NCBI RefSeq assembly: GCF_006345805.1
Contig: NW_021835329.1
Coordinates: forward strand, 1-40,786
Origin: Octopus sinensis
Taxonomy: Eukaryota
Reading direction: 5' to 3'
Length of the DNA: 40,786 nucleotides
The notes under the pieces were generated by a model, which saw only the letters and a program-made list of their open reading frames with translations, was not told where the DNA came from and ran no database searches. Shown piece after piece: positions 21,948-32,469 of the stretch. Positions within the stretch are counted from its first letter, which is position 1. Each line of letters opens with the position of its first letter. Both the position numbers and the translations under genes were made by a program.

Positions 21948-22403
21948 GGGGGGGGAGCGAGAAAGCGGCTAAGAAGGGATTGATGGTGTTGGACGAACGA
22001 GTGCAAGTCAGGCATGTTGGGAAGTGGTGAATGTGTATGTAGGTGTAAGTGGTGGTGACACAAGTGGAAGAATGGAGGTGGAAGAAGAAAGGTAAAGAAG
22101 GAAAAGACGGGAAGATAAGTTCAGGAAAAAGTTCAGGAAAAAGTTCAGGGGAAAGTTAAATAAGAGTCACGGACAGATTCTTTTGATTTCCAATCACGAT
22201 TTCAGTGGCGTACTCCGGAAGGATGGTAACAGTAATCCGTAGGTGTAAAAATCCAGGAATTGGTATCCAAGGCGCTCGGTATCCGTGTGAGCGTGTGGTA
22301 TATAAAGTTAATCCAAACAAGAAAACACAGAAAAAAAACACAGCAACGCGATTACGTGGAACAATTAAAGTATTATTTGACGCTCAGGAAGAAGGGAAGG
22401 AGG

Positions 22404-22438
22404 GTTTAACGTTTCGAGCGGAGCTCTTCGTCGGAAAC
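22404..22438 (-). ncRNA. Minimal hammerhead ribozyme, U4C variant (5' pLTR)
   Basis: Same 35-nt sequence as 15751-15785, although the flanking pLTR sequence differs at several positions. Confidence 0.78.
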
Positions 22439-22499
22439 AAAAGAGAAGGAAAGATCCCGAGAAGGGAAGACAGAGGAAAATATATATATATATATATAT

Positions 22500-22588
<89 letters not shown>

Positions 22589-22625
22589 TATATATATGTG
22601 TGTGGTGTATATATTATATATATAT

Positions 22626-22689
22626 GGCGGTGCCCCAGCATGGCCACAGCTCATAGGCTGGAACTGGAATCAATCAATCAATCAATCAA
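22626..22689 (+). mobile_element. Isolated SINE/LINE 3'-tail fragment with (AATC)n tail
   Basis: GGCGGTGCCCCAGCATGGCCACAGCTCATAGGCTGGAAC matches the 3' ends at 22760-22798, 35960-35996 and 37688-37727. Confidence 0.8.
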
Positions 22690-22696
22690 TATATAT

Positions 22697-22727
<31 letters not shown>

Positions 22728-22816
22728 TGTAGATATATATATATATATATTTTTTTCTAGTTTCAGCTCAGAGCTGCGGCCATGCTGATGCACCGCCGTT
22801 TTGTGCTACACTGTTA

Positions 22817-24900
22817 TTACGACGAACCTCGTCTAATATGTGGCACTCGGTGAAGAATGGAGTTTGATATAGCTACTCTCATTTGCACCTCTTGCCGTGA
22901 GGTAGGTTCATCTGGGACTCTTGACAGGAAGATGTCCAGCTTTGATTTAAAAACTGCTACATCTACTTTGTGCAAGTTCCTCAGACTCTTTGGGAGAATA
23001 TTAAAAAACTGTGGGCCCTTGAAACCCAGGCTGTTGCAGAAGCTGGTCCTGAAGCGTGATGGCATTGCTAAGATCTTTGGCACTATGCAGTGTCGTTACG
23101 TTCTAGCATTAGCGTAGCTTACAATGCCAAAATTTGGCACAATTCCTTCCAGGATCTTCCAGACATATATCACTGCATACCTCTCCCGTCTTCTCTCCAG
23201 GGAGTAGAGTATTAGCTGTTTCAACCTTTCCCAGTAGCTGAGCTGTTGCAAAAAGACGATCTTCTTTGTGAATCTTTGTGATTGCTTCAAGGTCCGCTGT
23301 TAATTTTACATTGGTGGGTGACCATAGCTGTGAGCAGTAATCCAGGCGACTGAGGACGAATGTCCGCCAGAGGACCATCATGGTTTCCTTATCTCTGCTT
23401 CTGAATATTCTTAGGATCCACCCAGCCAGTCGTCTGCATTTTGTCGCCATCCTGGTAAAGTGAACTTGGAAAGAGGTATCATCACTCATGTCGATACCCA
23501 GATTCCCCACAGATTTAGGCTCTGGGATTGAAATTCCCTGTGGACCGGTGTATCCTGTAAGTTTAATATTCAGTTTTGGATGCTGGTAGTGCAGGGCCTG
23601 GAATTTTTCAGCATTAAACTGCATATTATTATCCTCAGCCCATCTATAGATTGAGTCCAACTCCTGCTGCAGGTGTGTAACATCACTGGGGTTCTGTATT
23701 TTCTGCGAGACTTTCGTATCGTCTGCATAGCTGGCCAGAGTGGCTATCCGGGCATTTGAGGGCATATCTGAGAGGGCCACTATAAAAAGCAGTGGTCCCA
23801 AGACAGTGCCCTGTGGAACACCGCTCACTATTTGTGTGTTCATAGAGGTGCAGCCTTTTTTCGATCTCCATCAGTGTTGTTTTTAGGCGGGACGTTTCGC
23901 TACTTTTGGGATGTTGGTTGACGCGATTTGCAACCTTCGTCCGTCGTCTCATGAGGATCTTCCTGTCTCTTGGAATCTTGCTCCTATTTGTTTTGGCCTT
24001 GTGCTCTGGAATTTATTTCTGGCATACGGCTTGCACAGAAGACATGAAACATTCTAGTTTCATGTCAATGTCTGGTGTGGAGAGACATTCCGGCCAGACC
24101 TCTCTGAGGATCTCTTTTTGGATCGATTTCCAATCTGCTTTGTGGAAGTTCAGATTGGAGAGATTTCGGGTGCTTCCTTTAGGCTGTATGTCTCTGGTTA
24201 CTTTCAGCCCAAACATAGACAGCTCTATTATGTTGTGATCCGAGACTAATGTCGGTGTCACTTTCACATCATGAATGATGTCCATATTGTTCATTAAGCA
24301 GAGATACAGAATGTTATTCGCCCTAGTTGGTTTGAGTACAACTTGCTCCATGAATAAGGCATTGGTGAGGTTGAGCAGGGACTCCACCTGTACTTGCTTG
24401 CAATGATTCATTCCTGAGAGTATGTGACCTTCGGGCCATTTGACGTTGGGGAAGTCGAAATCACTTATAAGAAATATGGTCACGTGGTGTTCCAGATTCA
24501 TGAGGATTTCTTTAATTCTTGTGAGGCAATCTTCAAACTTGCCTATGTGATTTGGGGCATCCGGTGGGCAATATGTATTGTATATGACTATATTATGTTG
24601 TCGTATGTATACAATTAAAGTGTCACATACCGAATTTGAGTATGTCAGTAAGACCTGGGGTGTGAGGTCACCTCGGATGTATACAGCAACTCCACCATGG
24701 CTCCTTTCCCTTCTGTCTGTTTGCAGCATGACATAGTTTGGTACGTGTACTTCTGTGTCCTCTATATCAGGGCTGAGGTGAGTTTCCACGAGTGCTATGC
24801 ATAGGGCTTGATTGCATGTAGTAAGATCTCTCAGGAAAGAAATTTTGTTTCTATTTTGATGCAACAGGCCCCCAATATTTAGTAAAAGTATTGGGGTGAC
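22817..24900 (-). pseudogene. LINE-B ORF2 (APE plus partial RT)
   Basis: LLLNIGGL, LVETHL, SDFDFP (degenerate GDFN), VSDHNII; GVPQGTVLGPLLF, YADD, LDYCSQLWSP, LERRRERY. LMEIEK is joined directly to TQIVSGVPQG at ~23845. Confidence 0.92.
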
Positions 24901-24949
24901 GGCTGTGCAGGCGTTAGGTGGGGCCATCCCGTGTCTGTTGACTGTGGTG

Positions 24950-25832
24950 GTCTTGCATAGCGGTGGGCAGGGTTCCTTCTCTGTGCTTGGTGTGTCCAGG
25001 TGAGCTGCTGGACAATCCTTTGTGCCATGCACAAAAAAGACTCTTGCTCAGCTGCTGTGTTGCGCGGAACATATGAGGAGCACACTCCTTTTCTGGATGT
25101 TTTCCTGGGAGACATTTCTTGTCTTCCCTCAGTAAAGTTTTCCTCTTTGAGTCCTCTGAAGTTCCGGCGGTGTGTCGGGTGGGCGAACCGGCAGTTTTTG
25201 CCGTCCTCCCCATCCCAACATTTGCCCTGCAGGTAGAATTTATAGGTTCTTCGGTGCCTTCCAGAATTCTTCTTTCCTAAAGTGTACTGGGTGGCATTGG
25301 ATCCTCCATGGGGTTCTCTGCTGTTTGTGTGGTGGGTTGGGGTTTCAGCTTTGGTTGTTTTGCCTTTTCCTTCCTTTCCCTCCTTATTTTTGTTTTCCAT
25401 CCTTCCTTTTTCCTTCTGTTTTTCTAATTTCTAATTTCTTTGTAGGGCCACTGGTACAGGGGTGCTTCCAGTTTCTGCTCCCTTGGCTTCCCTATCCTTC
25501 TCTGCCTGGTCGTTCACTGGGGTAGGTGATCCATTTTCTTGAGGAACCTCTGGATTACAGAGACTTCTGGGTTCTTTTTCTTTTTCATCCGCTTCGTCCT
25601 CATTAGCCTTGCCACAATAATTTTCAATTATGTTATTCAATGTTTTGATGTGTGGTCTTATAAGTATGTAAGACTGGATAAATTCACTTTTCTTCCGCTT
25701 TATCAGGTCAATGGTTCTATGAAAGCCATTGTTCTTTAGCGCAGCAGTGATGATGTTTGGCGGATCGCCACTAGCAATCGTCCATGCTCTTAGCAGAAGA
25801 TTTAACTCTTTCTTTTTCCACTTTGGTGCCAT
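24950..25832 (-). pseudogene. LINE-B ORF1: Myb/SANT-like N-terminus plus decayed CCCH finger array
   Basis: MAPKWKKKELNLLLRAW..LKNNGFHRTIDLIKRK; [Y]KFYLQGKCWDGEDGKNCRFAH (25179-25244, TAT probably from TGT); C/HGTKDCPAAH (25000-25031). Frameshifted. Confidence 0.7.
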
Positions 25833-25854
25833 CTTCGTTTTTGAAGCCCAGAGG

Positions 25855-26490
25855 GGGAGTTGAAGCTAGAGAAGTAATGAGAGATAGAGAGAGGTAGAGA
25901 CGGAGAAAAACAGAGGGGGGAATGGGGAAAGAGAGAGGGAGATATGAAGGAAAGAGAGAGGTACTATGAAAGAAATAGAGAGGGTGATAGGAGGAAAGCA
26001 AGGGGGTGTGGCGTGTTAAAGAGATAGAGGAAGGTAGAGGAGGGGGAGAGAAAGACAGACAACGTAAGAGTGAGGAGGGGAATAGAAAGAGAGGCAGAGT
26101 GAAGAAGAGGGGAAGAGAGAGAGAGAGTGAGAGGCAGAGTGAAGGAGAGGAGGGGAAGAGAAAGAGAAACAGAGGGAGAGGATAGCAAGAGAAAGAGAGA
26201 GACAGAGTGAAGGAGAGACAGGATGAAGGATGTGAGAGAGAGGGAGAGACGGATTGAGAAGAATGGGCAAATGAGAAGTATATGAGAGAGAGAGGGTGAG
26301 GTGATGAGAGGAGAGGTAGATGTAAGATGGAAAGGAAAGAGAAATGAGAAAAGAGGAGGATATGAAAGGGAATGAGAGAGATGAGAAAAAGAGTATGATA
26401 TGCAAAAGAGAGGGAAAGAGTAAGCGTAAAGAGAGATAAAGGAAGGGAGAGAGGTAGATATGAAGAGGTAGGGAAAAGAAAGAGATATAT
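25855..26490. repeat. ~630-bp polypurine (GA-rich) low-complexity tract
   Basis: Seen directly; lies upstream of LINE-B ORF1 on the minus strand (CT-rich). Confidence 0.9.
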
Positions 26491-26888
26491 AATTCTAAAC
26501 TAATTACGCTTATATTTCTAACTCAGTTATAACTCAGATGTTAACTTAAACCACAGGAAAATAAACAAATGAAAAGAATTTTTAAACATTAGTTTTATAG
26601 AGATAAATTGAAAGATAGATTGAAAGTGAAGTGGATGCTGAAACAGAAATTGAAAGAAAGTTATTCTCAGAATGTAAACAAAGATGGCATTGTAACTGGT
26701 AACTCAGATGTTGCCTTACATTAAAGGAAAATAAACAAACAAATGAAAACGATACTTATCGCTAATGGTACAATCCAAATCCTCGTGCTTGTACGAACAA
26801 GTTTTCTTTCAAAAAAGAAAAGAGAAGAATTTTTTTTCTTCTTACATTTGGCTGCAGATAAATTACAGACTTGCCACAGAAAGTCTGT

Positions 26889-27153
26889 ATAGGCACACAG
26901 AAAGTGTGCCTATAGCCAGCTGGAGGAGATGTTCCTCTGGGGCTACAAGCTACAGTAACACCCACCCTTAGTGGTTAGCCATATTGAGATGACAAGTATA
27001 CCTCACATTGTCGTGCAGTTACTGTTTATACCTCGTTCAGAGATTTATTATTGCTTGTATACACTTTTTCAAGATCAGTGACGAAAAGTTACTGGAAAAA
27101 GGATGTTAATATTTGCATTGGGAACTCCATTTATCGAAAACCGGTGTTTTGTC
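26889..27153 (+). mobile_element. Left part of an ORF-less PLE-type/retrozyme-like repeat (168-bp terminal copy plus start of unit), split by the Tx1 insertion
   Basis: 26889-27056 is directly repeated at 32582-32748. Confidence 0.7.
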
Positions 27154-27364
27154 ACTCTTTTATCTGCGTATTGAGAAGTTAGCTGCCTATTTTGTTGAGT
27201 GAGTTCGTTTTTTGTTCGTCGTTGTTTGTGTTTGCTCGTGAATTTGAACAGTTGTCCGTTGTGTGACTAATTTTCGCCCTACAGGGCTGAAAATTCTGTG
27301 TATAAACATTGTTATTACCTTCGGGGTAATTTTTATTTAAAAATTGGTTCTCATAATTTGAGAA

Positions 27365-28801
27365 ATGGAGTTCGACTTGGCGTCGAGGAGCGACTTTCCA
27401 GTGATGGGAAAAGGCGAACAGAAGGATATCGAGGTTAGAAAATAGTCTTTTTCGGCCGCAGTGGGCGGAACCGTAACGGAAGTGGAATTCAAAATAGAAC
27501 AGTTGTTCGAATACCGGAACTTGGTCAAAAAGCAAAGCAACGAAATAAAACTGGTACCGCCGCAAGCGATATTACAGGAAATAAAGGCCAAGACAGTCGT
27601 GTACAAGGTTTACAGTAACAAAGAGAAAAAAATAATGGACGTGAAGAACGAAATAGTAGAGAAGTGCTTGTCCCCGGTGTGGAGCAAAATTCGCTACGTC
27701 GGTCGAGGTGCCCGCAGCGCTACCGTTGAAGCACATTTCGACTCGGCTGATGTGGCAAGAGAGATTTCATCGATGACCTTAAAAAGTGAGGACATCATGT
27801 TACTACCTACCTATATGGGAAAAAGAACTGCGAAACTATATGTGGAAGACATACCAAGAGGATATGATATAATGTGGGTAGCAGCGGCGGTTCTGCACGA
27901 CGTAGAGCAGAAAGTCTCAATTCTGCAGATGAAAAGGAAAGAGGAGGTAAACTGGAAGGGACAAGCGCTCGAACTCCTCGTTCAAGCAGAAAATAATGTG
28001 CTAGAAAACTTACCCGATAGGGTATTTATTGAGAAGGGAATTTCAATGAGAGTGTCAGTGGAGGGGCGCAGACCTAGGTGTTTCAAATGTGGTTAAAAAG
28101 GTTACGTCCGCTCGAACTGCATAAAAAAAAGAAAAAACAGCGAAGCCCCTCCTCAAAGTGCTTCAAACACAGAAAAAGAAAAGGCGGAAAAAGACCCCAA
28201 GACTGCGACAAGGAAGGGAATCGAAACGGAAGATAAAAATGAACAAATGGAATTTACACAGGTGACACACAAAAGAAAAAAAGAAAATACCTTGGACTCC
28301 CCTCCCCAAACAAAGAAAAAATCAGCAAACACCGCAGAGATACATACAAAACAAATTCCCCAGCCCTACCCCCATGGCACTGTATTCATTGGAACACAGT
28401 TCGCCAAGCCCCTCCCCATAAAACAAGATTGGAAAAAATTGATTTAAAAAAATGAAAAGATTGTAGCATTCGACGAGAGGAACGATAGAGTGTTTAAGTA
28501 TTTAAAATTTTCAAAACTGAAATTATTCAGTAAGTCTGCAGACACTAAGTCGACCACTCGTTTTGCAAAAATAAAGGAAGACGAGTGGAAGGAAAAAACA
28601 CTCCAAGAACATTTAAAAAATAACCTTATCAGAGACGTAACTAACGAAATACTGGAGGGCAAACTTACTATAACCCCGGCAACCACACCTACCCAGAGCC
28701 CGATGGCAATGCCAGTTAAGAGCCCTGCAGCTACGACCACAAGGAAGGAAGAAGGGGAAGCATACAGATTTAAACTGTCATGCTCCCTGTCCCAACCGTA
28801 A
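27365..28801 (+). pseudogene. Tx1 ORF1 (gag-like, zinc knuckle), with in-frame stops
   Basis: ATG at 27365 is in frame with ORFs 27461, 28247 and 28490. SFSAAV motif; CFKCG*KGYVRSNC (C-x2-C-x4-[H>Y]-x4-C). Stops at 27443, 28094 and 28445. Confidence 0.8.
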
Positions 28802-28828
28802 GTTTATTTTTTTTCTCTCTCTCCGACA

Positions 28829-31800
28829 ATGGCAAAGCTGGGTTGTGTGAATGTGTGTGGAATGGGGTCGAAATGGAAACAAATTTGTCTCCTGAACGAC
28901 CTCACGTCACACGGAGTGGACGTAGCTATTGTAACCGAGTCCAAGATGAACGGGGCCCAAGCGTTCTCGCCTCTTCTAAATGGTTTCGAGAAATTTATTT
29001 CTCCTAGCCGAGAAGGAGGAAGGGGCGTGGCAGTCCTTATCAGGAAGAGCTTGGACTTGCAGGTAAGTACTGTCTTTCTGGACCCAGAAGGCAGGCTGGT
29101 GTTCTGGATGTGACCCACGTAAGTAAACAGTCCTTCAGGTTGGTAGCTGTCTACGCTCCGAAGGAGTGTAGGCAGTCGGGTTTTTTTCGGAATCTGGAGC
29201 ACTTTTTAGTGACGTCGAAAACGGTAGTCTTAGTAGGGGACGTTAACACTGTCCTCGAAGCGCGGGTCGACAGTGTTGGCTCAACCAATAGGAAGGGGAA
29301 CCCTAGCCTCAAGGGTCTACTAGAGAGCTTTAATCTAGTAGACCGTTATCGACTGGATGAGCCGAGCGTTCCACAGTGGACGTGGAGTAACAACGACGGC
29401 TCACGCAGATCGTATATAGATAGGATATTCGTTAGGAAAAGAGATAAGGAAACGTTTAGTTGTCCACAGTTTCACATTGTGCCTTACACGGATCACAAAT
29501 TTGTAACTTGTAGGGTGCAATTAGATAAGTGTCATAGACAGAGACCCGGGTACTGGAAGCTGAACAAATCTATTTTGAATTGTGAAGACTTCCGTACCCG
29601 GATTAAGGTGTTAGTACAGAGGGCATTATGTGGCACCATCATTAACAATAGATGGTGGCACTCCCTCAAAAGAGCCATTCGTTCAGAGTCCATTAGATTT
29701 AGCAATCAGCTAAGGTTAGATAGGTCTAGGATAGAGGACGATTTAATTAAGCATCTAAACGAGGCAATGGAATCTGGCTCTGCATCCGGAGTGATGGCGG
29801 CAAGGACGGTATTGTACCGTCACCTTAACTCCTAACACGAAGGTTGCAGAGTTAGAGCTAAGCTACGCGCAGGGAAACGAGAAGGTATCAACGTTGCCGG
29901 ATGGGCCCGTCGAGTGGAGAGTCAGAGAGGTAACAAAGCTTCAATCAAATCTTTAACTGACGAACAGGGACACAAGATCTATGGACAGGAGGAGATGCAA
30001 AAGTTTCTTCACCAGCATTTCACCCGCGCGTTCGGGGGTGGTGGTTCGCTGGAGCGGGGGAGGGCCTTAAAGGACTTCCTAGCCGGCGGACCACGGCTCT
30101 CGGGGCGTGAGGTGGAGTGCTGTGAAGGAGCGATCACTCCCGCGGAGATAGAGGGGGTACTGGCCGGATGCGCCGGGGAGAAGTCGCCGGGGTTGGATGG
30201 TCTGCCCTACGAGTTTTATCAAAGTATGCCGGACTTGTTCGGGGGAATACTGGCAGGCGTCTACGCGAACTGGCAGCAGAACGGGAGAATTCCCAGTTCT
30301 GTAAGCCGGGGAGTAGTGACGCTAATCCAGAAAGACCCGAGCAAGGGGGATAACATTAGTAATTACAGGCCCATAACTCTACTTAATGTAGAGTTAAAGA
30401 TTTTGGCCAAGGTGTTGGCAAAAAGGTTGACGACTGTCGTGGAGAAACTTGTAGGGAAAGCACAGACATGTGCAATTCCAGGCAGGTCGATCCAGGACAA
30501 TCTTCACTTATACGCATACGCTACCTTAGATAGGGTGGGTGAATTAACCGGCAGGGCGGGGTAATGGTCCATTTAGACCAAAGTAAGCGTTCGATAGGGT
30601 AGACCATAAGTACCTGGCGACGGTCCTCGAAGTGGCTGGACTGGGCCCTGAATTTAGCGGATGGATCTCCGCTATGTATAGCGGCATCAAGTCCACCGTC
30701 CAGATAAACGGTTACCTAACGGAACCGTTTTCGATCGAATGTTCAGTTCGTCAAGGGTGCCCCTTGTCACCACTTTTGTACGTGTTAGCTCTCGAGCCAT
30801 TGCTGCGAAAGTTGGAGAGGCTGAGAAGTAACCCGGATGAGATCGGAGGCGGGAGGACGGTTTCTGCTTATGCGGATGACGTCACCCTCATCGTGTCCAA
30901 TGAGGCTCAGCTACCTTGTGTAGAAGATGCTATCAGAGGATACGAGGCGGTGGCAGGAGCAAAAGTTAACAAGGACAAGTCGATTGGCTTACGCCTCGGC
31001 ACATGGAGGAGCAAATCGATATCGTCCAGTGCCGTGGGACACTGGACAGATGGTCCTGTTAAGTTGCTAGGAGTTTGGTTTGGGCCAGACTCCCAAACGG
31101 AGAGGAATTGGAGTGAGGTGACGGACAAGGTGGAGGCCATAGTACGGACCTGGTCCGGAAGGTTTCTGTCCTTGAAAGGAAGGGCGGAGGTGGTACAAAT
31201 GTTCATTGCATCTGTAATCACTTACTGCCTGACCGTTGTCCCTTGCCCCGATTCATGGCTTAGCAAGTTGGAGCGAATCCTTTTCCGCTTTTTGTGGAAG
31301 GGAGGAAAGCCACTTGTGAGGCGCTCCGTTTGCTGCCAGGAACCGTTAAAGGGTGGGTTAGGAATACCTTGGTTGATGATGCGCAGACATGCGTTGAGGC
31401 TGAAGCATCTCTGGCACCACCTGGAGGGTGAAAAGGTGTGGAGTCCGCTGGCAGGGGAATTTTTCCCGAGACCGGCTTCCTTAGTGAATTTTAAACCCGG
31501 TTACATCAAAAGACGGAATCTGACTTTATGGCAAAAGGAATGCCGACAGGCACTCACGCTGATCCACAAGGCGGGCAAGGCCGGCTGCGGAAACACCACC
31601 TCGGTATTTTATAGCAGGCTGGTAGAGGCAGAGAACGACGATGTCCTAGGAGGGGCTCTGGGGTTCGACGAAGACCAGATTACCAACCTGTTTAAAAAGA
31701 CTTTCAGGACGGGGTATTTGGATAATTTCCAAAGATCCCTGGCCTGGCAGTGTTATAGGAATGCTTTACCTGTTCGCGAGAAGTTATCGCGGCACGGAAT

Positions 31801-32218
31801 TTCAGTGCCACCGACATGTCCACGATGCGGGTTGGACGATGAAACTGTCCAGCACGCTTTTGTACACTGTGGGCAGTTGTCAGACTTGATAAGTTACGCA
31901 GAACACGTGTTATCGCATCTGGGACGAGTACAGCTGTCGGCTGAGTCTATGATTAAGATGATACCGCCAACTGGACTCTCGAAGGAAGGTGAGGCATGTT
32001 TTCACTGCACGGTTGCAGTAGTAAAAGAATGTATGTGGCGTACAAGAATGGAAGGAGTCGCAATAGGATCCTTTGTCTCAGGCTCCGGCTTGCTCACTTA
32101 CTTCAGATATCATCTGAAGAGAAAAATGGGGCTGGAAAAGAAGACCTTACCACGAGGTGTGTATGAAAAAAGATGGAAGGAAGTGGCGAAAAAGGTGGGT
32201 GTCAGAAACCCAGTTTAA
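28829..32218 (+). pseudogene. Tx1 ORF2 (APE, RT, C-terminal zinc-binding domain), few lesions
   Basis: CVNVCG, IVTESK, VGDVN, IDRIF, TDHK; PGLDGLP, NYRPITLLN, VRQGCPLSPLLY, AYADD; CPRCGLDDETVQHAFVHC. Breaks near 29105, 29833 and 30560-30630. Confidence 0.95.
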
Positions 32219-32469
32219 CTATGGATGGAGAAGAGGAAAGGAAAGCTGCGGGGCCTTATAGGTTGCCAGGGTTTAAGATATATCGGTAAGATTTCAATCT
32301 AATGTAATGTTATATTAGTCAATGCAAAGGACAATTTAAATACAGTTTTTTGTATAATGAATAATCCATATATTTTGGTAATTTTTAAACGAACCACTTA
32401 ACTGTTTTTTGTATGTATGTCCTGTATTGTTCTTCTATGTACTGATTTTATAATCATAATAAAGAATTA

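Larger units (their letters stand above)
15653..22480 (-). mobile_element. Neptune-type Penelope-like element with pLTRs at 22302-22480 and 15653-15830; 3' region filled by ~3 kb of microsatellite and two SINEs
   Basis: Two copies of the same ~180-bp HHR-bearing repeat in direct orientation flank the RT-GIY-YIG ORF (19173-21947). That 15830-19170 belongs to the element is inferred. Confidence 0.75.
22752..25850 (-). mobile_element. CR1-group LINE (LINE-B) with an internal deletion of the RT N-terminal half; 5' UTR may extend to ~26860
   Basis: ORF1 pieces 24879-25832; APE 24013-24900; RT C-half 22817-23843; 3' motif GGCGGTGCA..AGCATGGCCGCAGCTCTGAGCTGAAAC then A-tail. Confidence 0.88.
27154..32469 (+). 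mobile_element. Near full-length Tx1-clade LINE
   Basis: ORF1 with CCHC-type knuckle; ORF2 APE-RT-zf; 3' UTR ending AATAAAGAATTA; imperfect ~20-bp flanking duplication 27133-27153 / 32470-32489. Confidence 0.9.

Noticed and set aside
27074-27150. Possible second HHR at the Tx1 target (GUGACGA...GAAA(A/G)CCGGUG)
   Set aside because: C3 is missing, there is no valid U16.1-H17 arrangement and stem I is inconsistent.
28798-28837. GTAAGT plus pyrimidine tract between Tx1 ORF1 and ORF2, resembling a mini-intron
   Set aside because: Splicing to the nearest AG (28837) does not join ORF1 and ORF2 in frame, and a T-rich spacer is ordinary here.
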